From Candidatus Thorarchaeota archaeon (lineage in GTDB: Archaea > Asgardarchaeota > Thorarchaeia > Thorarchaeales > Thorarchaeaceae), in NCBI GenBank assembly GCA_048882325.1, contig JBHLRS010000022.1:1-53598 (forward strand): a DNA stretch of 53,598 bases, read 5' to 3'. Of the stretch, positions 1 to 8,127 are shown piece by piece (the first letter of the stretch is position 1; each line of letters begins with the position of its first letter). The notes under the pieces are model-generated. The model made no database searches. It saw nothing but the letters and a program-made list of their open reading frames with translations, and had not been told where the DNA came from. Position numbers and translations under genes: made by a program.

Positions 1-2813
1 TACTCTGTGGTCTGTGTGTTGTCCCATAAACCAACTTCAAGATAGTCTATGTCCGCGAATCCACTAGGATCAGAAACGTAGACAGTGACTTGGTATTCTT
101 GGTATTGAGCATACATATTGTCCGTATCGCTTGGGTTGTCCAGAGTAGGTGCTTGATCATTCGCAGGAGCAGCACTCGTTGTCCACATATGAAGCAGTAC
201 TGCATCAATCTCCCAAGTATCTTGGGTGACATCACCAGTTTCATTTCCACCAAGAAAACGGATTTCAAAGGCGGAACCAGTCAAATAGCTACTAACACTA
301 ACATTGTTCCATTGATCAGGGATGAGATCTACAATCACATTAATCCAAGCACCATTCCAAACATCTACTTTGATGTCTTCTGTTGGCCACCCACCACCTG
401 TAACCGGATAGATACACAATTCTTCATTCGTTTCGTCGAAGTCTGCTGCTGTCCAGCCCACTTCTAGGTCCAATTCATAGTTGTAGGCCACACCACCACC
501 AGGATGTTCTAGGAAGACTAGTGCAACATCAATCTGCCACGTGTCTTGGATTGCATCCCCTGATGGACTTCCATCAATAAAGCGGATTGTCACCGTCGTG
601 ACATTGAAATTAATCGTGAAGTTGTTCCAAGTTGAACCAATCAAATCAGTAGTCACATTAGCCCACGTACTTGAATCGGTTCGAATCTGGACTATGATAT
701 CTTCAGCACCCAAAGTGCCTGCGCGAATACAGAGCTTCTCTGTTGGCAAAGTGGTTGGGAGGTCTGTGAATTGAACCTCTAAGTCGAGTTCGTAATTGTC
801 TGGAAGGTCCTTATCCCAGTTGAAGTAAATTGAAACCTGCCAATTCTGCCATTCAGTAACTGACCCGAATGGATCAGGCTGTGCAGGATATGGAGTGCTA
901 CTAACATTCAGAGCAGTCTGACCAACTGCCCCAAATTGATAGTAGGGTCGTAACTCATCATTGCTCCATAAACCAAGCCAATAAGTCCCCGCGCTTAGGG
1001 TGAGATTTGTTTCCATAGCTAATGTAGTCCAAGTTGCAAATGTTGACCAAGTCCCTTCGACAGTCCTCCCCAAAAAAGCACCAGGGGATCCTGCACTGTC
1101 AGAGTATATCAGATATCTGACAACATCTATGCCTGAGAAGCCATCAATCCTTCCGTATGCGCTCATGCTATAGACATTGACATTGTCTTCCGCAAGTGAG
1201 AACTGACAAAGGATTATCTCATTCAGCTCAAGCTGGTTCAAAGCAGAAAATCCTGGTGAAGTGAAACCGACTGTTCCTGAGAGTGATTGAACGGTGTTCG
1301 CTTCAGTAAGTGAATCATAAGTAAGATCTGCGGTCTGCATCTCTATGAATGAGCTATGAGTCCCAACATCAGCAGAACCATCCACGTCGCTCTGTCCATC
1401 CAGTGTATCCTCTTTCACTCCTCCTCCTGAAACCTGTAGGAGAACGGCATCAATGTTCCAAGTGTCCTGGATTGCATCTGAGGTTGTGAACGATCCACCG
1501 AATTTGATTGTGTAGGTTGAACTGGTTAATGAAACGGTGAAGTTGTTCCACTGATTGGCAGTCAGGTCGGAGGTTATGCTTGTCCAGGATGACCCACTCC
1601 AATATGTGACATTGATGTCTTCTGAGCCTGAGAATATGCCAGTCTTGATACAGAGTTCTTCCGTTGCCAAGAAATCAACCACATTTGTGAACTCAACCTC
1701 CAAGTCCATTTGATAACCTGAAGAACTAGGTACACCACTCCAGACACCACCTATCGAACAGGATCTGGTTGCAAGCCCAGTCCAGCCAACGGTAAGGTCG
1801 CCTGCTGGTGCGCCAATATAATCAGCAATAGCAGCACCCTGTGAAGTGACTGTTGGATCTATAACGTCTTCCCGGTTTGTGATTCCTCCAGTAACTGATG
1901 TCATTGCTGTTAATCCTCCAGTACACCCAACAGCAACAATCAATGCATTATCTTCATTAGTGGTGACTGCAAATGTGGTATCCCCTGCCGCAGGGGTTTG
2001 ATGACTTCCCGTATCATCAGGAACCTCTTGTTCAACGCCGGTATATTCTGCAACGAATACAATAATCTCTCTTGAAATTGGTTCATTTACTGTAACTGTG
2101 ATGTTGTAAGAGCCGGGTAATGCAGGCAAATTCGCATCTAGAATATACCAACCAGCTACGTATGAGAAAAAGCCTGAAACTGAGGTATTCTTACCAATTT
2201 GTTCTGAAAGAATAGAAACTGAGTTGAAAGTGATTGCTGTGACATCCCCAGTGACCTCAGCGTCTTCCCATGCAACTCCAATGACAACTAACCGATTATT
2301 TCCTGAAGCAGATGCCAGAGAATAGTTGAAACTGTGTCTACTCTGACCAATGGTGGACCAAGACTCCGTACTGCTTACGAAACTTGGAGGTACTCGAGGG
2401 ATTGATTCTGACAATTGATCAAACGTGTCATCTGTATTCTGAAGATTCACAAATGCAGTGTGAGCCCCATAATCACCTGAACCATCAACATCGCTTGTTT
2501 GGTCCACATAATCTTCAATTAACGCACCGGGAGTTGCACCACCAGTGTTTTCCTCCAAGATTTGGTCATAATTCAATCCAAAATCTTGCATGTCTGAGAG
2601 AACTGAGTGAGTTCCGATATCACTTGGTGCATGGAGATCTGAGGTCTGGTCCACAAAATCTTCAAAGTTGTCACCAACACCGGAGAGTGTATTCTCAAGA
2701 TGTGTCCATGCATGATTGGGAAATGGTAATGATTCATAGTCTGTTGTGGGGACAAAGAAACCGAATCCCACTAATGTGGAAAGAAACAAAATGACAAGAC
2801 CTTCTCTTCTCAT
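1..2813 (-). CDS. Large secreted/cell-surface protein, >=937 aa, truncated by the left window edge, with nested internal repeats
   Basis: Not in the ORF track because it has no stop in the window. I translated it by hand from ATG 2813 and the frame is open to base 3. It starts with a signal-peptide-like MRREGLVILFLSTLVGFGFFV, is rich in S/T/G/D/W, and has three copies each of an EDxVDxxSDxxxxxDxGxH motif and a YELDLEV..LCI..WNN..QDTWxIDxxL motif. Confidence 0.9.
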   Translation of the reverse strand, partial: MRREGLVILFLSTLVGFGFFVPTTDYESLPFPNHAWTHLENTLSGVGDNFEDFVDQTSDLHAPSDIGTHSVLSDMQDFGLNYDQILEENTGGATPGALIEDYVDQTSDVDGSGDYGAHTAFVNLQNTDDTFDQLSESIPRVPPSFVSSTESWSTIGQSRHSFNYSLASASGNNRLVVIGVAWEDAEVTGDVTAITFNSVSILSEQIGKNTSVSGFFSYVAGWYILDANLPALPGSYNITVTVNEPISREIIVFVAEYTGVEQEVPDDTGSHQTPAAGDTTFAVTTNEDNALIVAVGCTGGLTAMTSVTGGITNREDVIDPTVTSQGAAIADYIGAPAGDLTVGWTGLATRSCSIGGVWSGVPSSSGYQMDLEVEFTNVVDFLATEELCIKTGIFSGSEDINVTYWSGSSWTSITSDLTANQWNNFTVSLTSSTYTIKFGGSFTTSDAIQDTWNIDAVLLQVSGGGVKEDTLDGQSDVDGSADVGTHSSFIEMQTADLTYDSLTEANTVQSLSGTVGFTSPGFSALNQLELNEIILCQFSLAEDNVNVYSMSAYGRIDGFSGIDVVRYLIYSDSAGSPGAFLGRTVEGTWSTFATWTTLAMETNLTLSAGTYWLGLWSNDELRPYYQFGAVGQTALNVSSTPYPAQPDPFGSVTEWQNWQVSIYFNWDKDLPDNYELDLEVQFTDLPTTLPTEKLCIRAGTLGAEDIIVQIRTDSSTWANVTTDLIGSTWNNFTINFNVTTVTIRFIDGSPSGDAIQDTWQIDVALVFLEHPGGGVAYNYELDLEVGWTAADFDETNEELCIYPVTGGGWPTEDIKVDVWNGAWINVIVDLIPDQWNNVSVSSYLTGSAFEIRFLGGNETGDVTQDTWEIDAVLLHMWTTSAAPANDQAPTLDNPSDTDNMYAQYQEYQVTVYVSDPSGFADIDYLEVGLWDNTQTTE

Positions 2814-2972
2814 CGTAATGGCTCCATACTTCTGCCGTAGGGGACATTGGGGGAAGTCACGGTTTGTATGAAACTTTCACCTGTAGATTCCAGAGTTCAA
2901 CCAATGTAAACCTAACTAATAGATTGAATCAAATTTATTAATTTAAAAAAATCTTGGATAAATCATAATTAC

Positions 2973-4139
2973 TCACGATCGTTGGAAGATAGATACAACC
3001 ATGTTGTTACCAAAACCTCCGATGTTCTGTGTCAGTCCCAGAACAGGAGAACTTACCTGCAGTCCTTTTGGAGCTCTCTGCATGAGTTGGCAATAGATAT
3101 CATGGATCTGCGCTATACCGGTCCCACCAGGTGGATGACCGCGAGCCTTAAGTCCGCCAGTGGTGTTGACTGGAAACTGACCATTCACCTCTGTTGCACC
3201 ATCTTTCACCAAACCTATAGATTGACCGGGTTCAGCAATTCCTAGGTCTTCCATATTCACCAATTCTAGGATTGAGAAAGCATCATGAAGTTCGTACACA
3301 TCAATATCACTAGGTTCAACATTAGCCATGGCGAAAGCACGCTCAACAGCTACCCTAGTTGCGCAAAAAGATGTCAATGCGAGGCGATGTTGCAGTGCAT
3401 GATAATCAGTTCCATGACCTACACCTAATACACGAATGGCTTGGTCTGAGATTCCAAGTCCTCTCACTACCTGATCAGAGGCAAGAACTATTGCTGCGGC
3501 ACCATCACTTGTAGGACAGCAATCATACAACGTAAGAGGGTCTGCAACAACCCGGGCGCTACTGATTTTCTCCACGGTGAGCTCCATTTGGAAGTGTGCC
3601 AATGGATTCTTCGCTCCATTCTTGTGGGCCTTCATAGGCACAAGTGACAACTCATCGCGGGTGAGACCATAATCATGCATGTATCTACGTGCAACCAAGG
3701 CTGCTAGTGCTGAAGGAGTAGCTCCATATCGAGACTCACTTTCATAGGATAGTATCTTGGCAAGAATCTTTGAGGATGTTTCTCGGTCAACTTCTGACAT
3801 CTTCTCGACTCCAACAACCAGAATAAGATTAGAGTGTCCAGATGCAATCATCGTAAAAGCGGCCTCGAACGCGCTTGAACCTGAGGAGGGTCCGGATTCC
3901 ACCCGGGTTGCGCCTGCAGGAACAAGCCCTAGTCTATCAGCCAATAGTGTCGACACATGCCCCTTATTGACAAACTCATCAGGATTCAGCGTGCCCACGA
4001 TGATATGATCGAATGGTTGGTCCAATGTCTGAGAGTCACTCATGGCTTCGAAAGATGCCTTCTCCACAAGTTCAGTGAATGAGTCCTTGAGCACTCCGAA
4101 CTGTGTCATTCCAGCACCAATGATGTTCACTGGTTCCAT
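2973..4139 (-). CDS. Thiolase-fold protein (archaeal/SCP2-type), catalytic cysteines apparently absent
   Basis: Motifs GAGMTQFG, VVGVEKMS, YDCCPTSDGAAA, ELHDAF, NTTGGLKARGHP and QNIGG. RVESGPSSG stands where RVEAACASG is normal. Confidence 0.9.
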   Translation of the reverse strand: MEPVNIIGAGMTQFGVLKDSFTELVEKASFEAMSDSQTLDQPFDHIIVGTLNPDEFVNKGHVSTLLADRLGLVPAGATRVESGPSSGSSAFEAAFTMIASGHSNLILVVGVEKMSEVDRETSSKILAKILSYESESRYGATPSALAALVARRYMHDYGLTRDELSLVPMKAHKNGAKNPLAHFQMELTVEKISSARVVADPLTLYDCCPTSDGAAAIVLASDQVVRGLGISDQAIRVLGVGHGTDYHALQHRLALTSFCATRVAVERAFAMANVEPSDIDVYELHDAFSILELVNMEDLGIAEPGQSIGLVKDGATEVNGQFPVNTTGGLKARGHPPGGTGIAQIHDIYCQLMQRAPKGLQVSSPVLGLTQNIGGFGNNMVVSIFQRS

Positions 4140-4151
4140 TAGACTCCTACC

Positions 4152-4676
4152 TCACTCAATCAATACAAGAATGTCATTAGGAGTGACCATCGTTCCCACA
4201 TCAACGTTGACCTCCTTTACAGTCCCTGAGGAGCCGGACTTCAGTTCATTGAACATCTTCATTGCTTCAAGGATACAGACAGTATCGCCAGCTTTGACCG
4301 AATCCCCTACCTTGACTCGAACCTCTGTGATCTTGCCAGGCATAGGTGGATAGATACCTCCTTTGATCTTTGGACCACCCTGCCCTCCTCCAGCAGCACT
4401 CTTGACGACCTCCTGTTTCCTCACGCGCTCCCAATCAATCGTTCGCTCCTCGCCATTAATTTCAAGGGTAATTGCTTTGCCAGACCTCTTCAGTATCTTC
4501 ACTGCATAATCCGAACCGGTGTCGTTGACGATCCAATTTCCAGCCTCTTCAAGTGTAGGCTTCATGGTGAAGCTTTGATCCCCCACTGTGATGACTAGGA
4601 GACCTCCCTCATCAAGCATTTCCACATCAACTTCATAGGCACGCTCATCCAAAGTGACCTTGTATTCTGGGCTCAT
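4152..4676 (-). CDS. Biotin carboxyl carrier protein with an N-terminal beta domain (174 aa)
   Basis: PMPGKI...VKVGDSV...LEAMKMFNE biotinylation motif. The real start is ATG 4676 (MSPEYKV), directly after the upstream stop at 4678; the track's 4826 start overlaps the upstream gene. Confidence 0.93.
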   Translation of the reverse strand: MSPEYKVTLDERAYEVDVEMLDEGGLLVITVGDQSFTMKPTLEEAGNWIVNDTGSDYAVKILKRSGKAITLEINGEERTIDWERVRKQEVVKSAAGGGQGGPKIKGGIYPPMPGKITEVRVKVGDSVKAGDTVCILEAMKMFNELKSGSSGTVKEVNVDVGTMVTPNDILVLIE

Positions 4677-4677
4677 C

Positions 4678-6267
4678 TCACTGCCCCCTGCTTCTCCCAC
4701 GCATGATATCCTTACGACCTGCAGATGACCAAGCTGATGAAGACTTATCCCATTGGCCAGGACTGTATTGCACTGTTCGACCATCAACAAGGTCTGCTCT
4801 CCCAGCATCACTCCAAGTCTGTGCACGACTGGCAGCAGCAGCTACTGCACCAGGCCCGGTCCCATTCATGTGTAAGACTGCAGCGGCTATAGCAACCTCA
4901 AGCTCAGGAGTCATAGTTCCCCTGCTCATCCGCTGTGCCTTTCGTTTCAGAAAATCAAGTGCGTACTGTGGATATAGAGCATATGAAACCAAGTCTCGTG
5001 GAACATGTGGAATGTCCTTCAGTGCCTCTCGAGCTGCTGGCAATTCTGGTTCTAGCATATCAGCAGGTCTACACTCCAAGGGCTTTTCATCACCAATTGC
5101 TTTCTTCTTTATCTCTGGGTCAATCTCTGCTGGAGGTCTCCCGTAGTATCCCCGAATGTACTGCTTGACCTCAGTAGGGATCATACTGTACCTCTCTCCG
5201 GTCACAACATTGAGCGTGGCCTGTGTACCAACTATCTGGCTTGATGGTGTAACCAGCGGGGGATACCCCAGTTCAGCTCGGACTCGTGGGACCTCTGCAA
5301 GGACCTCATCATATCTATCAAGCGCTCCCTGTTCTCTTAGTTGATTGTCTAGGTTTGAGAGCATTCCACCCGGAATCTGGAACTGTAAGACCTGTGGGTT
5401 GACACCCTGTAGACTGCCTTCGAATTGACCATACTTTCGTCGGATCTTTCTGAAGTAGTTCGCAATCTCTGCGAGGAGGTCTAGGTTTAGACCAGTGTCC
5501 CTTTTTGAACCCTTTAATGCTTCAACAATGGACTCAGTTGCAGGTTGAGATGTTGCCATGGATAACGCAGAGATGGCACAATCAACTATGTCAACTCCCG
5601 CCTCTGAGGCTTTCAAGTAGGCCATGGCAGCCATGCCACTGGTGTAATGGGAATGTAGGTCGATTGGAATCTCAACTTCATCCTTGAGTTTTGTGACCAA
5701 GTCAAAAGCAGCCTCGGGTGAGATGAGACCTGCCATGTCCTTGATGCAGATTGAGTCAGCATCAAGAGAGTAGAGTTTCTTTGCCTTCTCAACGAACCTG
5801 TCATTTGTATGGAAGGGACTCAGAGTATAACAGAAACTTGCTTGGACATGACCACCCTCACGTTTCACAAACTTGATTGCAGCCTCCATGTTGCGGATGT
5901 CATTGAGAGCATCGAAGATTCGGAAGACATCAAGTCCTGCTTTGACTGCTTCAACGACGAATGCGTCGAGAACATCATCGGCGTAGTGACGATAGCCCAC
6001 GATGTTCTGGGCTCTGAGGAGCATCTGGAGCTTTGTCTTTGGCATTGCATCCCTTAGAGCCTCTAGCCTTTCCCATGGGTCCTCATCCAGGAACCGCATC
6101 ATGGAATCAAAGGTGGCTCCTCCAAACATCTCAAGTGACCAATATCCGACCTTGTCGAGCTTTTCGCAGATTGGAATCATGTCCTCTGTTCGCATTCTTG
6201 TTGCCAGCAAGGACTGATGAGCATCCCGCAAGACGGTGTCAGTAATCATGAGTTTGGTCATGGTCAA
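4678..6267 (-). CDS. Pyruvate/oxaloacetate carboxyltransferase (PycB / OadA / transcarboxylase 5S family) with an extra C-terminal PccX/MmdD-like tail
   Basis: TDTVLRDAHQSLLATRM, GGATFD, IKDMAG, LHSHYTSG, QIPGGMLSN and PPLVTPSSQIVG. No biotinyl domain is fused. Confidence 0.93.
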   Translation of the reverse strand: MTMTKLMITDTVLRDAHQSLLATRMRTEDMIPICEKLDKVGYWSLEMFGGATFDSMMRFLDEDPWERLEALRDAMPKTKLQMLLRAQNIVGYRHYADDVLDAFVVEAVKAGLDVFRIFDALNDIRNMEAAIKFVKREGGHVQASFCYTLSPFHTNDRFVEKAKKLYSLDADSICIKDMAGLISPEAAFDLVTKLKDEVEIPIDLHSHYTSGMAAMAYLKASEAGVDIVDCAISALSMATSQPATESIVEALKGSKRDTGLNLDLLAEIANYFRKIRRKYGQFEGSLQGVNPQVLQFQIPGGMLSNLDNQLREQGALDRYDEVLAEVPRVRAELGYPPLVTPSSQIVGTQATLNVVTGERYSMIPTEVKQYIRGYYGRPPAEIDPEIKKKAIGDEKPLECRPADMLEPELPAAREALKDIPHVPRDLVSYALYPQYALDFLKRKAQRMSRGTMTPELEVAIAAAVLHMNGTGPGAVAAAASRAQTWSDAGRADLVDGRTVQYSPGQWDKSSSAWSSAGRKDIMRGRSRGQ

Positions 6268-6333
6268 CCACCTAGCAGTGATGTGATGTCGTATTTAGTA
6301 GTTCTGATGAGGTTGGAGATTGGTTAAATCAAG

Positions 6334-6351
6334 ACTTATCTTGGAGTTGTG
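6334..6351 (+). repeat. 18-bp direct repeat, copy 1 (ACTTATCTTGGAGTTGTG)
   Basis: Identical to 7980-7997; lies 30 bp upstream of the LRR gene start. Confidence 0.9.
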
Positions 6352-6381
6352 TTCTAGAAAGGGAGTCATGGAGACTGGGGC

Positions 6382-7872
6382 ATGAGTATCAAGCTGACCT
6401 ACACAACCATCAACGGGGATGTGAAAGAGGTTGAGTTTGAGAGAGGTGCTAAGGAAATCCCTTTTAGACGACGAGAACTCCTTCACATTGATCTGGCACC
6501 TCTCAGTTCATGCAAGGCACTTGAGGAAATCTATCTGGATGGAAACCAACTACAAAGCATCGATCTGGCACCTCTCAGCTCCTGTAAATCACTTAAGAAA
6601 CTCTTTCTGTCCGAGAACCAGTTACAAAGTGTCGATTTAGCACCTCTCAGCTCATGTACAAAACTCAGGGTCTTCTGGCTTCACGATAACCAATTGCAGA
6701 GTATTGATGTAGCACCTCTCAGTTCTTGCAAGGCACTCGAGGAATTAGATCTAAATGGAAACCAGATACAAAGCATCGATCTGACACCTCTCAGCTCGTG
6801 CACTAGACTGAAGTGGTTCAACTTGAGTGCTAACAAGTTACGAAACATTGACCTAAATCCTCTTAGCGCATGCACGAAACTCTATGTCCTCAGATTGTAT
6901 AACAACCAGCTGCAAAACATTGACCTGACCCCTCTAGGAACATGTACGAGACTTATGAATCTCGACCTGGCTGGTAACCAGTTGCAGAGTATTGACCTGA
7001 TTCCCCTCAGCTCGTGCACCGAAATTGCGGACCTTAACCTGAGGAATAATCAAATACAGAGCATTGACCTGACACCTCTAAGTTCGTCTTGGAGACTTAG
7101 GAACCTAAATATTTACAGTATCAAATTACAGAGAGCTGTTTCATGGTTACGCCTCACTAAAAGAGAACAAGGAAAAGCCGTCTATACTCATCCGTCTGAA
7201 AGATATCCCTGGAGCTATCTTAGAGATGTTTTGGAATTCCATCTGACATCTCCAACGAGAGATTCATACAGAAAGGCTTCGATTCTGAGAATTCAGAATG
7301 ATATTCTAAGAGCTCTAGGTCTTTCAGACTATGGGTTCATTGGTAGAGATATGACCAATACACTACTGTCACTGTCCTCAGACAACAAGAGAGATTTTGT
7401 TCAGTTCACTCTGGCAGAGGTCCTAAAGGATGAGGTTGTAGCGACTATCGATAGAGAGGGTCACTCGATTGGCCTCAATATAGAATCCTTGAGTAGTAGA
7501 CATGATGAGATTGCCAAGAGGGCGAAGGACATCATCAGACTAAGAGCAGATGAGATTGAACAAACAACTATTGCAATACATGATAACACTGCAGATCTAA
7601 GACCACTCTGGCTCACAGCATATGGTTATGAGATTTGCTCCGCACTATGTCTACGACTGGACACAGATTCTACCGGAGTTGAGCAGGTCAAAAGGGCGAT
7701 TGGTGATGTGGGACTTGAGGTGCATCTTGGCGAGTCATCGGTCTACGGAGTGGACGTTAGTGAAGAATTCAAAGAGTGTATTTGGTGGATTGCCAAACAT
7801 ATGGGTCGTGCTTGGTCGCACAGTTCAGAGATTATAGCATATCTCGGAAACAACGAGCCGTGGAAGTGGTAA
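6382..7872 (+). CDS. Leucine-rich repeat protein (nine 24-aa LRRs) with a non-repeat C-terminal domain
   Basis: Repeat consensus LQSIDLxPLSSCxxLxxLxLxxNQ over about 6478-7125; no signal peptide. Confidence 0.95.
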   Translation: MSIKLTYTTINGDVKEVEFERGAKEIPFRRRELLHIDLAPLSSCKALEEIYLDGNQLQSIDLAPLSSCKSLKKLFLSENQLQSVDLAPLSSCTKLRVFWLHDNQLQSIDVAPLSSCKALEELDLNGNQIQSIDLTPLSSCTRLKWFNLSANKLRNIDLNPLSACTKLYVLRLYNNQLQNIDLTPLGTCTRLMNLDLAGNQLQSIDLIPLSSCTEIADLNLRNNQIQSIDLTPLSSSWRLRNLNIYSIKLQRAVSWLRLTKREQGKAVYTHPSERYPWSYLRDVLEFHLTSPTRDSYRKASILRIQNDILRALGLSDYGFIGRDMTNTLLSLSSDNKRDFVQFTLAEVLKDEVVATIDREGHSIGLNIESLSSRHDEIAKRAKDIIRLRADEIEQTTIAIHDNTADLRPLWLTAYGYEICSALCLRLDTDSTGVEQVKRAIGDVGLEVHLGESSVYGVDVSEEFKECIWWIAKHMGRAWSHSSEIIAYLGNNEPWKW

Positions 7873-7979
7873 GACAAAGTATCCGTATCTACAAAATCAG
7901 AACTCAGATTGATCAGATATAACCTGTCCTTGAACTTCAATCATTACAACTAGTTGCCTTGATTCACTTTCTAATCCAA

Positions 7980-7997
7980 ACTTATCTTGGAGTTGTG
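7980..7997 (+). repeat. 18-bp direct repeat, copy 2 (ACTTATCTTGGAGTTGTG)
   Basis: Identical to 6334-6351; lies 107 bp downstream of the LRR stop. Confidence 0.9.
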
Positions 7998-8093
7998 ACT
8001 GAAGGTGCAAATTCTGTTCTGTCACTAAGTCTTCTCTGAGAGACATAACGACTTGAGGAACACTGGATTATGCTACATCCAAATCTTGCGTTC

Positions 8094-8121
8094 AAAAAGA
8101 AAAAAGGGGGATGACTCCCCC
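8094..8121 (-). terminator. Hairpin + oligo-T terminator of 8128..10008
   Basis: Minus strand reads GGGGGA-GTCA-TCCCCC then TTTTTTCTTTTT, 6 nt after the stop codon. Confidence 0.75.
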
Positions 8122-8127
8122 ATAGAA

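Noticed and set aside
47-2794. Short track ORFs (47..268, 90..467, 541..774, 2384..2794, 2573..2755)
   Set aside because: They are shadows of the continuous minus-strand frame <1..2813.
4677-4826. N-terminal extension of the biotin carrier in the track
   Set aside because: It overlaps the upstream gene's tail; ATG 4676 gives a normal protein directly after the upstream stop.
6478-7125. Periodic 72-bp DNA repeats resembling a CRISPR array
   Set aside because: They are degenerate, in frame and encode LRRs; no cas genes are present.
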